A DNA stretch of 64,000 nucleotides from Azolla caroliniana. Its lineage: Eukaryota > Plantae > Polypodiophyta. The notes beneath the pieces are model-generated. The model ran no database searches, had not been told where the DNA came from, and worked only from the letters and a program-made list of their open reading frames with translations. Positions 1 to 9,962 of this stretch are shown one piece after another. Both the position numbers and the translations under genes were made by a program. Within the stretch, counting starts at the first letter, position 1; every line of letters begins with the position of its first letter. Location of the stretch: assembly GCA_043228905.1 (NCBI GenBank), contig JBHGNT010000006.1, positions 11,718,001 to 11,782,000 of the forward strand, in the 5' to 3' direction.

Positions 1-1500
1 ATCACAATATGAGCTTTGGAGCAAGGCATTACGACATAAAGTGGGGGTCATCAAGCTCAATATTCTAAACCAATATCAAGACTCGTCCACAATATGCACT
101 ATGGAAGTATCGGTGATATACCATTCAAGTATCCGCTCGGCCTCTTTAAGCCTTGACCTTTGATCCCTACAATTTGCATGGGGTGCAAATCTACCACTCT
201 CACATATTTCTTGTTGTTGCTTCTACCATTTTACGACGGTCGCTCCAATGCAAGTGCCAGTTTCATTGTCCCCAATTAAGACATGTTGAAGATTTGTAGT
301 TGATCGATTTATTCTTCCTATCAATGCAGTATACTTGATAAATTACCCATGTCTTTCCACAATATTGGTATGTGTCAAAATGTCTGTAGTTGAACAATCT
401 CCCAAACTTGGGCCAAAGTTTCCTCCACACATATCAAGCCACACCATCCTCTTATATATTGCCAAACATCAGGATTGTCTGCATATTCTCCCTTTAGTTC
501 CTTGCACATTGCATTGAATACAAATTCCATAATGCATTGCATGAGTTGGCACATCCATTGATTAAGATGGTTTCTCTCAACTACACTTACTTTTGGCAAC
601 AAGTTGTCCACCCATGAGTTTTTGGCGTGGAATTGACGCAACAAAAGTTGACAATGTGTTTGCGACCGTTGTCCATTTGCAACAATCCAAGATTGATGGT
701 CTGTTGCAACCACATTACTTATAGCATTATATTATGTCCAACATTTATGGATCACTATCACATTTGGCCTCACCTTGGGTATCCTTGTGAGTATGACTCT
801 CAAGCTAGTTTCTAACACAACTTGCTCATGGTTTGACCCCTTATTGAAACTACTAATCATGTATCATAATGGGATCCCAATCCCCATGGCATTTGGGGCA
901 ACAACTACATATAATGGCAGCCCAAATTTGTTTGTTTTAAATGTGGAATCGCTTGCCCAAGAGTTGTTTCGTGACAATCGCTCACCCATTTCTAACATCC
1001 ATTGATCTTGAAGCACCAAGATAAATGGTTGCATGGCGGGAGATCCACATTCACCAGGCAAGTAGGGTTGAACATGAGCCACCATCCCAAGATCTCAAAG
1101 TGCATAGACCTCTTGCATCATCAAAGACCAATCAACCTCTGACATGACACTCGTGATTTTTAACCTATTTATCATGTTATGGACCTTCTTTGGTATTATA
1201 AAGAACTTGTAACTAACAAGTTTTAATGGACTAGCCTTGACTTATGATATGCTTCCTTATGCATGCTTATACGTGCCACATGCCTTGCACACCCAACATC
1301 AAATATGTCATCTTTGTAACATCTTATGATATTTGGGTGTGTTGGATTCCTTTCCGAAAGCATATGTGCTACTTGGTTTGAACATCCATGAGTGCATAAT
1401 CTAACTTAAGGGATATTCCTTGATCACTTCTATGGGACTAGTCTTGTTATATTTGACGACACTCATTCCCAATATGTCAATTGGTGTTGCCTCTAACATC
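1..1500 (-). mobile_element. Degenerate Mutator-like (MULE) transposase remnant
   Basis: Minus-strand fragments WASDSTFKTNKFGLPLYVVV (864-1085), LLRQFHAKNSW (375-713) and a TNNMERH-like segment (~340-370) resemble the MULE DDE domain motifs. Many stops and frameshifts. Boundaries approximate; it may continue beyond the LTR nest at 13173-13460. Confidence 0.65.
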
Positions 1501-1572
1501 AATTGGCATCCACCTCATGAGACTCAAACGTTACCATTTAACCAATACTTGTAATATGCTTAAGAATATACG

Positions 1573-2268
1573 TGTTGTTTTATTTGAGCAAGCATTGTAT
1601 CGTCTAAACCACGTAATGTACTACATGTGCACCATATAACACACATGCAAGAGCCTCTCTACATGTGCACCACATGGCCCACATGTAGAACCATCCCTTT
1701 CCTATAAAAGGAGAAGGGAGTATAGATAGAAGGGATATCAAGGAATCGATCAATATCAAAAGAACTATATTATATGAGATATCAATCAAATCAAATAGAA
1801 ACATATTGTAAGAGAGATCACAATAGAGAAAGAAGCCAACATACAAGAGAAGCTCTAACTTGGCGGTTGTGGTGCTCAACTCTCAACAAAAAGGTGGAGG
1901 TTTCAGTCTCGCCCTCATCGAAAGATAGAAGCGAAGATTGTGGTCTACTATCAAAGAAAGAGGAGAGTGGTTAACTTGAGAGACAAAGTACAAAGGTTCA
2001 ACGATGCTCGCAACCATTTGTAACTCTTTCATCAAATAATTATAAATTTCTTATATTCCTTCAATTATCATTCTATATCCTATCTTGTCATATCTTGTTG
2101 ATCTCTATTTACTCTTTCGTCTCTTTCGTCTCTTCCGCCCATAATCCCTGTGATTCCTTCCTCACTTTCACGTTATCGTATGCCTATGCAACGCTACGTT
2201 TTAGGGCGAGCCACGCCACGACAACGCGACCATGTGACGCCAATACTACCTCCCTCCATTTCTCAACA
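1573..2268. mobile_element. Probable solo LTR (unclassified)
   Basis: TGTTG start and CAACA end, with internal CTATAAAAGG TATA and purine-rich R-like region. No clean TSD found, so the left boundary is uncertain. Confidence 0.35.
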
Positions 2269-2759
2269 TATATTTGTTAAGAGTCTATTATTAATCAATA
2301 GACCAAAGTAAAGTAAAATAAGGAAAATAGATTGGATAGAAGAACACGTTCCACTCAACCACCCCCAAGCTATGATCTAGACATAGCCAACCTACCACTG
2401 ACATCCCATATCGCCGGATATTAGGATGACTAATACCTTGGAAGAGATAAACACGATCGTTGAGACGAAACCCTAGCCCGCACCACCGGTGTCTAAGACA
2501 ACAACCTTTCGACATAATGTGTCTATGAGGGTAGTTAAGCCTCATATTTATACCTTTTCCTAGGACCCTTGAATAGATGTGCCTTTCTAAAAATGTCTCC
2601 ATTCATTGGTTGCCCAAATCATGATAGTGCATGCACTTATCATTCCTTCTATCCAAGCACATTAGCCCCTTTTTTAACATTAGGGAACATACCCTTCACT
2701 AATGTAAATATTAGTGACCTACCCTCACGAATGTTATGTGTACATAATATACTCCCCTA

Positions 2760-3581
2760 CTTTAAAAGATTGCACTCTTGCTATATGAAGTGAGGAAATT
2801 GTGCCTTAAGAGTATGCTCGCATTCCCATATGGCATCATCAATAGGTTTATCCATCCATTTGATCTTGAATAGCCGAATCTCTTTAGAACGTAAATGTTT
2901 AGTACGAGAATCAAGAATTCGTTCAGGAACATGAGGTTTGTAAGAAAAATCCTCTAATGTTACAAGATCTTGGATTGTGATGGTGTTATCACTAGAGCCT
3001 AAAAATGGTTTTAGACGACTGACGTGAAAAACAAGATGAATACCAACGTTATGGGGTAAGGCAAGGTGATAAGCAGATGACCCAACTCGCTTAAGTATTT
3101 CAAATGGGCCACAATATCATGGGGCTAATTAAGCGCACTTGCCTGTAGACAATGACATAGAGTCATTAAGGACATGCAAAAAAACTTTTTGACCAATAGT
3201 AAATACATGAGGACGTCTCTCCTGATCAGCATAAAATCGAGCACGATCTTGAGTTTTCTTGACATTTTCTTTGGCAATATCCAACACTTGGTTCATGTCT
3301 TGCAAAAAATTGTGTGTACTATCTAATGTATCACGATGAATCGTGACATCGATTGGGGCACGTGGTTGAAAACCATACATCAACATAAAAGGAATATATC
3401 TAGTGGATGTATGTTTAGAGCTATTATAGGCAAATTCTAAGATAGGAATGTATTGCTCCCACTTAGAAGGGGTTTTTGCTACATAAGCTCGAAGCATGTC
3501 CTCAATAATTTGATTAACTCGTTCAGTTTGTCCATCAGACTGAGGATGATCTGCGGAACTCATGGTCAACGTAGTTCCAAG
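2760..3581 (-). pseudogene. Integrase C-terminal part plus chromodomain of element A
   Basis: ORF 3129-3614 contains HPQSDGQTERVNQIIEDMLR...LEFAYN. Downstream broken frames give GPF/VFHVS and a chromodomain-like KW...AIWE segment. Confidence 0.75.
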
Positions 3582-4362
3582 TGATACCACAGTTAAGAGT
3601 CTATTACTAATCAATAGACCAAACTAAAGTAAAAGAAGGAAAATAGATTGGATAGAGGAACCCATTCCACCCGACCACCCCCGAGCTATGATCTAGACAT
3701 AGCCAACCTACCACCGACGTCCCATACCGCCGTATATTAGGATGACTAATACCTTGGAAGAGATAAACACGATCGCCGAGACGAAAGCCTAGCCCGCACC
3801 ACCGGTGTTTAAGACAGCAGCCTTTCGACGTAATGTGCTTATGAGGGTAGCTAAGCCTCATATTTATACCTTTTCCAAGGACCCTTGGATAGATGTGCCT
3901 TTCTAAAAGGGTATCCATTCATTGGTTGCCCAAATCATGATAGTGCATGCACCTATCATTCCTTCTATCCAATCACATTAGCCCCTTTTTTAACATTAGT
4001 GAACATACCCTTCACTAATGTAAATATTAGTGACCTACCCTCACCAACGTTATGTGTACATGTAAAGAATCGATGGTGATTCTTGTGTAGCGGAAGAGAT
4101 GTGTGTTATGTGTATGTGTGAGAGAAATTAGAGGAGAGATGAGATGTCAAGATTCGAACTCTTGACACGACCATGTTATAATCTACTATTATGAGTTAAC
4201 CAAGATATCTAGTACTAGTTATGTATGTAATTGTTCCTTATTATTTTGCTAGCATCATGTGCATAGTTGCTCCCTTGTAGTATTTACACTTGGCACATGC
4301 ATGCATACCTACATGCTCTATTGTAGATTCACATGCGTGCAACAAGTATGCATGCCATGTAG

Positions 4363-4370
4363 TATAAATA
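4363..4370 (+). promoter_or_regulatory. TATA box of element C 5' LTR
   Basis: TATAAATA, 32 nt upstream of the inferred transcript start or self-primer at 4395. Confidence 0.7.
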
Positions 4371-4499
4371 GAGGAGTTCACCTTGAAGGAATTCAAGGTG
4401 AACAACACCAGTTATGGAGTCTTTCCTTTAGTACTATATTCTTTCTTGTCCATTTGGTTATCTTCTTCGTTGTCTCTTGAGTTTATGATCCGTGACAGT

Positions 4500-4510
4500 T
4501 TGTTCACCTT
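4500..4510 (+). promoter_or_regulatory. Self-priming PBS of element C
   Basis: TTGTTCACCTT is the exact reverse complement of AAGGTGAACAA at 4395-4405. No TGG tRNA-type PBS is present. Confidence 0.8.
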
Positions 4511-4547
4511 CCCATCCTCATAGCTCTCCCTCTCATAAGCCATAGCT

Positions 4548-5564
4548 ATGTCCGACTCAACTAGTGAGTTAGGCCAAATAATGGTAGCCTTACGACAACT
4601 ACAGCTTGAAAATGAAGCTCTTCGAAATTCTTTACAAGAACTTCAAGTCGGTACCTCCCTATCCTCACAACCCCCGAACCCTAGTCTCCTACAACAACCT
4701 AGCCTAGAGCCCGATCTTCTACCAACATCTAGCCTAGCTTCGTCACAGTTTCTTGAGCCTAAGGTTAGCCTCCCAGAAAAATTTGATGGAACGAGGTCGC
4801 GTTTCCGAGGGTTCATCAACCAAGTTCGACTTATCATTCGGCTACAACCTCAACGTTATGGAGATGGTCTTCGACAAGTCGGCCTTGTGGGCACCCTTCT
4901 CTCCGGTCCGGCCCAAGCTTGGTTTGCACCATTGGTAGAAACCTCATCACCTTTATTGGAGGACTTTCCCGCCTTCCTCGCCGAGTTAGAGGCCACATTT
5001 GGAGAGACGGACCGACGACGTACAACTCTTAACAAGATTTATGCACTCGAACAAGGTTCACGTGCAGCTTCGGTCTATGCTTCCGAATTTCGACAACTAG
5101 CATGCGACGTCAATTGGGATGATCAAGCTTTAGCTGATCACTTTCGGCGCGGTCTTCGAAGCAATGTCAAGAATCTTCTCTTAAACTTTCCGGAGCCCAC
5201 CTCGTTATCCCAAGCGATTTCACAAGCAGTCCATTGTGACAATCGTCTTTTCGAATTTCGCCAAGAAGAGCGCCGGACTTGGTTCCCACCTCATTCACTT
5301 CCACGCCACGCCCCGGTCATACAACCCCAAGCATCCTCACACTCGCCTACTTCGGCAGATGCTCCTGTCCCCATGGAAATTGATCAAGCCCGATTTCGAC
5401 CATTGACTGATGTTGAACGACAATTTCGGCGGGCTAATGGCTTGTGCATGTATTGTGGCGCCTCCGGTCATGTCGTTCGCCATTGTCCTAGGAGTACTCG
5501 CCCACAATTCCATAGAGCTAACGGACCCCAACATCCGGAAAACGACATCGTTCGGTTGCAGTAG
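4548..5564 (+). CDS. gag: Gag (Retrotrans_gag plus CCHC zinc knuckle) of element C
   Basis: 338 aa; PEKFDG, LADHFRRGL, PVPMEID and CMYCGASGHVVRHC motifs. Confidence 0.93.
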   Translation: MSDSTSELGQIMVALRQLQLENEALRNSLQELQVGTSLSSQPPNPSLLQQPSLEPDLLPTSSLASSQFLEPKVSLPEKFDGTRSRFRGFINQVRLIIRLQPQRYGDGLRQVGLVGTLLSGPAQAWFAPLVETSSPLLEDFPAFLAELEATFGETDRRRTTLNKIYALEQGSRAASVYASEFRQLACDVNWDDQALADHFRRGLRSNVKNLLLNFPEPTSLSQAISQAVHCDNRLFEFRQEERRTWFPPHSLPRHAPVIQPQASSHSPTSADAPVPMEIDQARFRPLTDVERQFRRANGLCMYCGASGHVVRHCPRSTRPQFHRANGPQHPENDIVRLQ

Positions 5565-5569
5565 GAGCC

Positions 5570-8500
5570 ATGCAACTGGACATCTCCCGTCGCCCACATT
5601 CTCTTGGTTCCATTGCCGGACCATCAGGCAATTTCACATTGGAGGTATGGCTTTCGTTTAACTCTAGTTCCATTCAGTCTGTTGCTTTACTTGATTCTGG
5701 GGCATCTTCTTGCTTCATCGACGTCGCGTTTGCCCAAGCACATGGCATACCTGTCGTTGGCCTCTCAAAACCCATTCCAGTTGAAGCCATCGACGGGTGC
5801 GTCCTCTCGTCAGGTGCAATTACTCAAGCTACAATCCCATTAGGGCTTCGGGTGGGCTCACACCAAGAGGAGCTCACTTTTTACCTCATCGCATCTCCTC
5901 GACATCCGATCGTCTTAGGACTAACGTGGTTGGAGGCGCACAATCCAATAGTGGATTGGTGCAACCGCTCGATCACATTTAGCAAGCCAAGATGCTCGTG
6001 CAAAAGTATGAAGGTAAATTCAGTTTCCTATCCTTCGGAGACGGTCGACTCCGAATTGACTACCCCATCATCCGTCCAGGATGGGTTTGTTTGTGGCACC
6101 ATTTCTAACACACTCCATGTTATTCCTGAAAAATACCAACACTTCTCCGACGTATTTGAAAAATGTAATGCTGATCGGTTGCCTGAACACCGGCTCTACG
6201 ACTGTCCGATTGATCTTCAAGAAGGTGCGTGTCCACCCTTTGGTCCTCTATATGCGTTGTCTGCACCAGAGTTGAAGGCCCTTCGTGTGTATCTTGATGA
6301 GAACCTCGAGAAAGGCTTTATTCAACCTTCTAAGTCACCAGCCGGGGCCCCCATTTTATTTGTGAAGAAGAAGGACGGCTCTCTACGCTTATGCGTCGAC
6401 TACCGAGGTCTCAACAAACTCACTGTGCGCAACCGCTATCCGCTACCTCTGATCCCCGAACTCCTTGATCGGCTCCGAGTTGCGCGTGTCTTCTCCAAAG
6501 TTGATCTGCGTGGCGCGTACAATCTAGTACGCATCAAGCCGGGGGATGAATGGAAAACCGCATTTCGAACACGGTATGGGCATTTCGAATACAAGGTAAT
6601 GCCTTTTGGTCTTACTAACGCTCCCGCAGTTTTTCAACATATGATGAACGATATTTTCCGAGAATATCTTGATCTTTTTGTTGTCATTTACCTCGATGAT
6701 ATTCTCATTTTCTCGCCAAACATGGAGGAGCACACTCGCCAAGTCCGATTAGTTCTGGCCAAACTTCGCGAGCATGGCCTTTATGCCAAAAGCGAGAAAT
6801 GCGAGTTCGACCGTACCTCGATCGAATTTCTGGGCTACATCATCTCGCCCACTGGCATCACCATGGATATGAAGAAGGTCTCTGTCATTCAGGCGTGGGC
6901 GACTCCAAGGCGACTTAAAGATGTGCAATCCTTCCTCGGCTTCGCGAATTTTTACCGTCGCTTCATCAAGGGGTTTTCCACCCTAGCACAACCTCTTATC
7001 GCTCTCACCCATAAAGGCACTCCATTTTTATGGACCTCGGAGGCACAAAATGCGTTCGACTCACTCAAACACGCATTCATCACTGCCCCGGTGCTGCTAC
7101 ATGCCGACCCCACAAAACCCTTCCAAGTCGAAACCGATGCCTCTGACTTTGCCATTGGCGCCATCTTATCCCAAGCAGACGACAACAACCTAATGCACCC
7201 AGTGGCTTACTATTCCCGAAAATTTACGGCATCTGAAATCAATTATCCCATTTACGACAAGGAGCTTGCTGCTATCATTGCTGCCTTTGAAGAATGGCGA
7301 CCCTACTTGGCCGGCGCACAACATCGTGTCCAGGTAGTGACTGATCATAAAAATTTAGTTTATTTTTCCACCACTCGTACTTTGAATCGAAGGCAGGCCC
7401 GTTGGTCTACATTTCTCGCCGACTACGATTTTGAGATCGTATTTCGACCTGGTGGCCAACATGGGAAAGCTGATGCCCTTTCTCGCCGAGCTGACCTTGC
7501 ACTCCGCCCTGGGGATGCTGCTTATGCTCAACAATCTAGACGTTTGTTGAAACCCGACCAATTGCATCTGTTTGCCACTTGTATGTTGCAGGATGATTCT
7601 TTACTCCAACAAATCACTGATGCATCCAAGACCGATGCGTTCGCCATCGAGATTCGAGATAGTTTGCAAAACCCCTCCAAGGCGACCAAAAGGAAGGATC
7701 TTGACACCTTCACCATACAAGAGGGTTTGTTGTTCCGAGATCATCTCTTATACGTCCCAGAGGGCCCATGTCGCACCCGGGTGTTGCGGGAATGCCACGA
7801 TGACCCACTTGCAGGTCATTTCGGGGTCGCGAAAACCCTCGAGCTAATCTCTCGGGGGTATTGGTGGCCACAACCATGGAAGCTGGTCAAAGAATACATA
7901 AAGAGTTGTGAGGTTTGTGCTCGCTCCAAAGCCATTCATCATCGGCCATACGGCTTACTACAGCCGCTTCCATGTCCTCGTCGTCCTTGGGCCTCTATCT
8001 CTATGGACCTGATAACTGATCTACCCTTGGTCAATAGCTATGACTCGGTGTTGGTCGTTGTCGATCGGTTTACGAAGATGGCTCACTTCACTCCATGCTC
8101 CAAAACCATTTCCGGAGAAGGAATGGTGCATCTCCTACTCAACAATGTAGTACGCTTGCATGGACTCCCCGATGATGTCATCTCGGATCGCGGACCCCAG
8201 TTTGTCTCTCACTTCTGGCAGCGCCTGCTACAAACTTTAGGCATCTCTGTCAAGTTGTCCTCCGCTTATCACCCCCAAACTGACGGGCAAACGGAGCGTG
8301 TCAACCAAATCCTTGAGCAGTATCTTCGGTGCTCGGTTAGTTACCAACAAGATGATTGGGTCAACTTACTTTCGCTCGCGGAATTCGCCTACAATAATTC
8401 ACTCCATGCATCGACTGGCGTCACTCCCTTCTTTGCCAACTACGGTTTACATCCTCGCTTCAACATTTCCCTTCCTACCACTTCCGTGAACCCTTCGGCG

Positions 8501-9121
8501 GAGGATCGTGCCCGCATTTTGGAAGAAGTACATCATGATTTATCCTTGGAGCTTAGTCTTGCTAATGAACGATACAAGAAGCAGGCCGATCGCCATCGAT
8601 CTTCCACTCCACACTTTGTCGTTGGAGACATGGTCTGGTTGTTACGTCGACACATCTCTACTACTCGTCCATGTCCAAAACTTGATTACAAGAAGTTGGG
8701 ACCATTCCGTATCATCGAGTGCATCAATCCCGTCGCCTTCCGGCTCGCCCTTCCATCCCACTTCCGGATTCACGATGTTTTTCATGTCTCCCTCCTCGAA
8801 CCCCATTATGCTTCACAACTCCCAGGACGTCAAGCCCCACCACCACCACCTGTGCAATTGACGACAGGGGAGGAATACGAGGTCGACCAAATCCTTGACT
8901 CGCGTTGGCACCGTCGACACTTGAAATACCTCGTCCTATGGAGGGGTTACCCCATGTCTGAGGCCACATGGGAACCATCGGAAAATTTACAAAATGCCCC
9001 AGAGGTCGTCCAAGATTTTCATCAGCGATATCCCCACAAACCAGCGGCCGAGTTGGGAAGGCGGCGGCGTAAGAGGGGGGATAATGTCAAGATTCGAACT
9101 CTTGACACGACCATGTTATAA
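5570..9121 (+). CDS. pol: Pol (protease-RT-RNaseH-integrase-chromodomain) of element C, in -1 frame relative to gag
   Basis: LLDSGA protease, YLDDIL RT, ETDAS RNase H, HHCC plus DDE integrase, and YEVDQILDSR...YLVLWRGY chromodomain. The stop codon lies inside the 3' LTR. Confidence 0.95.
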   Translation: MQLDISRRPHSLGSIAGPSGNFTLEVWLSFNSSSIQSVALLDSGASSCFIDVAFAQAHGIPVVGLSKPIPVEAIDGCVLSSGAITQATIPLGLRVGSHQEELTFYLIASPRHPIVLGLTWLEAHNPIVDWCNRSITFSKPRCSCKSMKVNSVSYPSETVDSELTTPSSVQDGFVCGTISNTLHVIPEKYQHFSDVFEKCNADRLPEHRLYDCPIDLQEGACPPFGPLYALSAPELKALRVYLDENLEKGFIQPSKSPAGAPILFVKKKDGSLRLCVDYRGLNKLTVRNRYPLPLIPELLDRLRVARVFSKVDLRGAYNLVRIKPGDEWKTAFRTRYGHFEYKVMPFGLTNAPAVFQHMMNDIFREYLDLFVVIYLDDILIFSPNMEEHTRQVRLVLAKLREHGLYAKSEKCEFDRTSIEFLGYIISPTGITMDMKKVSVIQAWATPRRLKDVQSFLGFANFYRRFIKGFSTLAQPLIALTHKGTPFLWTSEAQNAFDSLKHAFITAPVLLHADPTKPFQVETDASDFAIGAILSQADDNNLMHPVAYYSRKFTASEINYPIYDKELAAIIAAFEEWRPYLAGAQHRVQVVTDHKNLVYFSTTRTLNRRQARWSTFLADYDFEIVFRPGGQHGKADALSRRADLALRPGDAAYAQQSRRLLKPDQLHLFATCMLQDDSLLQQITDASKTDAFAIEIRDSLQNPSKATKRKDLDTFTIQEGLLFRDHLLYVPEGPCRTRVLRECHDDPLAGHFGVAKTLELISRGYWWPQPWKLVKEYIKSCEVCARSKAIHHRPYGLLQPLPCPRRPWASISMDLITDLPLVNSYDSVLVVVDRFTKMAHFTPCSKTISGEGMVHLLLNNVVRLHGLPDDVISDRGPQFVSHFWQRLLQTLGISVKLSSAYHPQTDGQTERVNQILEQYLRCSVSYQQDDWVNLLSLAEFAYNNSLHASTGVTPFFANYGLHPRFNISLPTTSVNPSAEDRARILEEVHHDLSLELSLANERYKKQADRHRSSTPHFVVGDMVWLLRRHISTTRPCPKLDYKKLGPFRIIECINPVAFRLALPSHFRIHDVFHVSLLEPHYASQLPGRQAPPPPPVQLTTGEEYEVDQILDSRWHRRHLKYLVLWRGYPMSEATWEPSENLQNAPEVVQDFHQRYPHKPAAELGRRRRKRGDNVKIRTLDTTML

Positions 9122-9962
9122 TCTACTATTATGAGTTAACCAAGATATCTAGTACTAGTTATGTATGTAATTGTTCCTTATTATTTTGCTAGCATCATGT
9201 GCGTAGTTGCTCCCTTGTAGTATTTACACTTGGCACATGCATGCATACCTACATGCTCTATTGTAGATTCACATGCGTGCAACAAGTATGCATGCCATGT
9301 AGTATAAATAGAGGAGTTCACCTTGAAGGAATTCAAGGTGAACAACACCAGTTATGGAGTCTTTCCTTTAGTACTATATTCTTTCTTGTCCATTTGGTTA
9401 TCTTCTTCGTTGTCTCTTGAGTTTATGATCCGTGACATGAGAGAACACAAGATAGATAGAAAAAGAAATACTCAAGAAGAAGGTATATATTTCACATGTA
9501 GAATAAGAATTACAAAATGTAGCATAATAAGGAGTCACAAACGACTTGGTCTGAAGTAAGAGAAGGGTGCTTTATATAGAGTCACCCTCTCTCTTCATTA
9601 ACTTTACAACAACCACTCTCTCTCTTGGAGAATGTGAAGACTCATAGTCATGGGGAATATGTAACTCATTAGTTATGTGTCATAGAATATGATTCTATGA
9701 CACATAGTTAATGTGTAGAGAGTAGTGGTGTGACTCTTGATCTTTGAGTAATCATGGATTCTCAAAAGGTGTGTTTGCACGTTGGACTATGTTGAGCTTG
9801 ATTCTCAACACACCCCCTCAAGCTCAACTCGGGTCGGTTCCTTTCGGTGGATGTCTGCTTCGGCTCGTATCCGGTTCGGACAATCTCTTGTGTCTGTTTC
9901 GGCTCGTACCCGATTTAGATGGTATCCGGTTCTTGCTTGTACTCCCCCTCAAGCTTGGCAAG

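Larger units (their letters stand above)
4145..9437 (+). mobile_element. Element C: intact, young Gypsy chromovirus (Tcn1-like)
   Basis: 353-bp LTRs 4145-4497 and 9085-9437 differ at 1 position. TSD TGAGA (4140-4144 / 9438-9442). PPT AAGAGGGGGG at 9071-9080. Uninterrupted gag and pol. Confidence 0.96.

Noticed and set aside
5562-5570. Stop-codon readthrough of gag (CAG TAG GAG)
   Set aside because: Pol is in the -1 frame, not the gag frame, so readthrough would not reach it.
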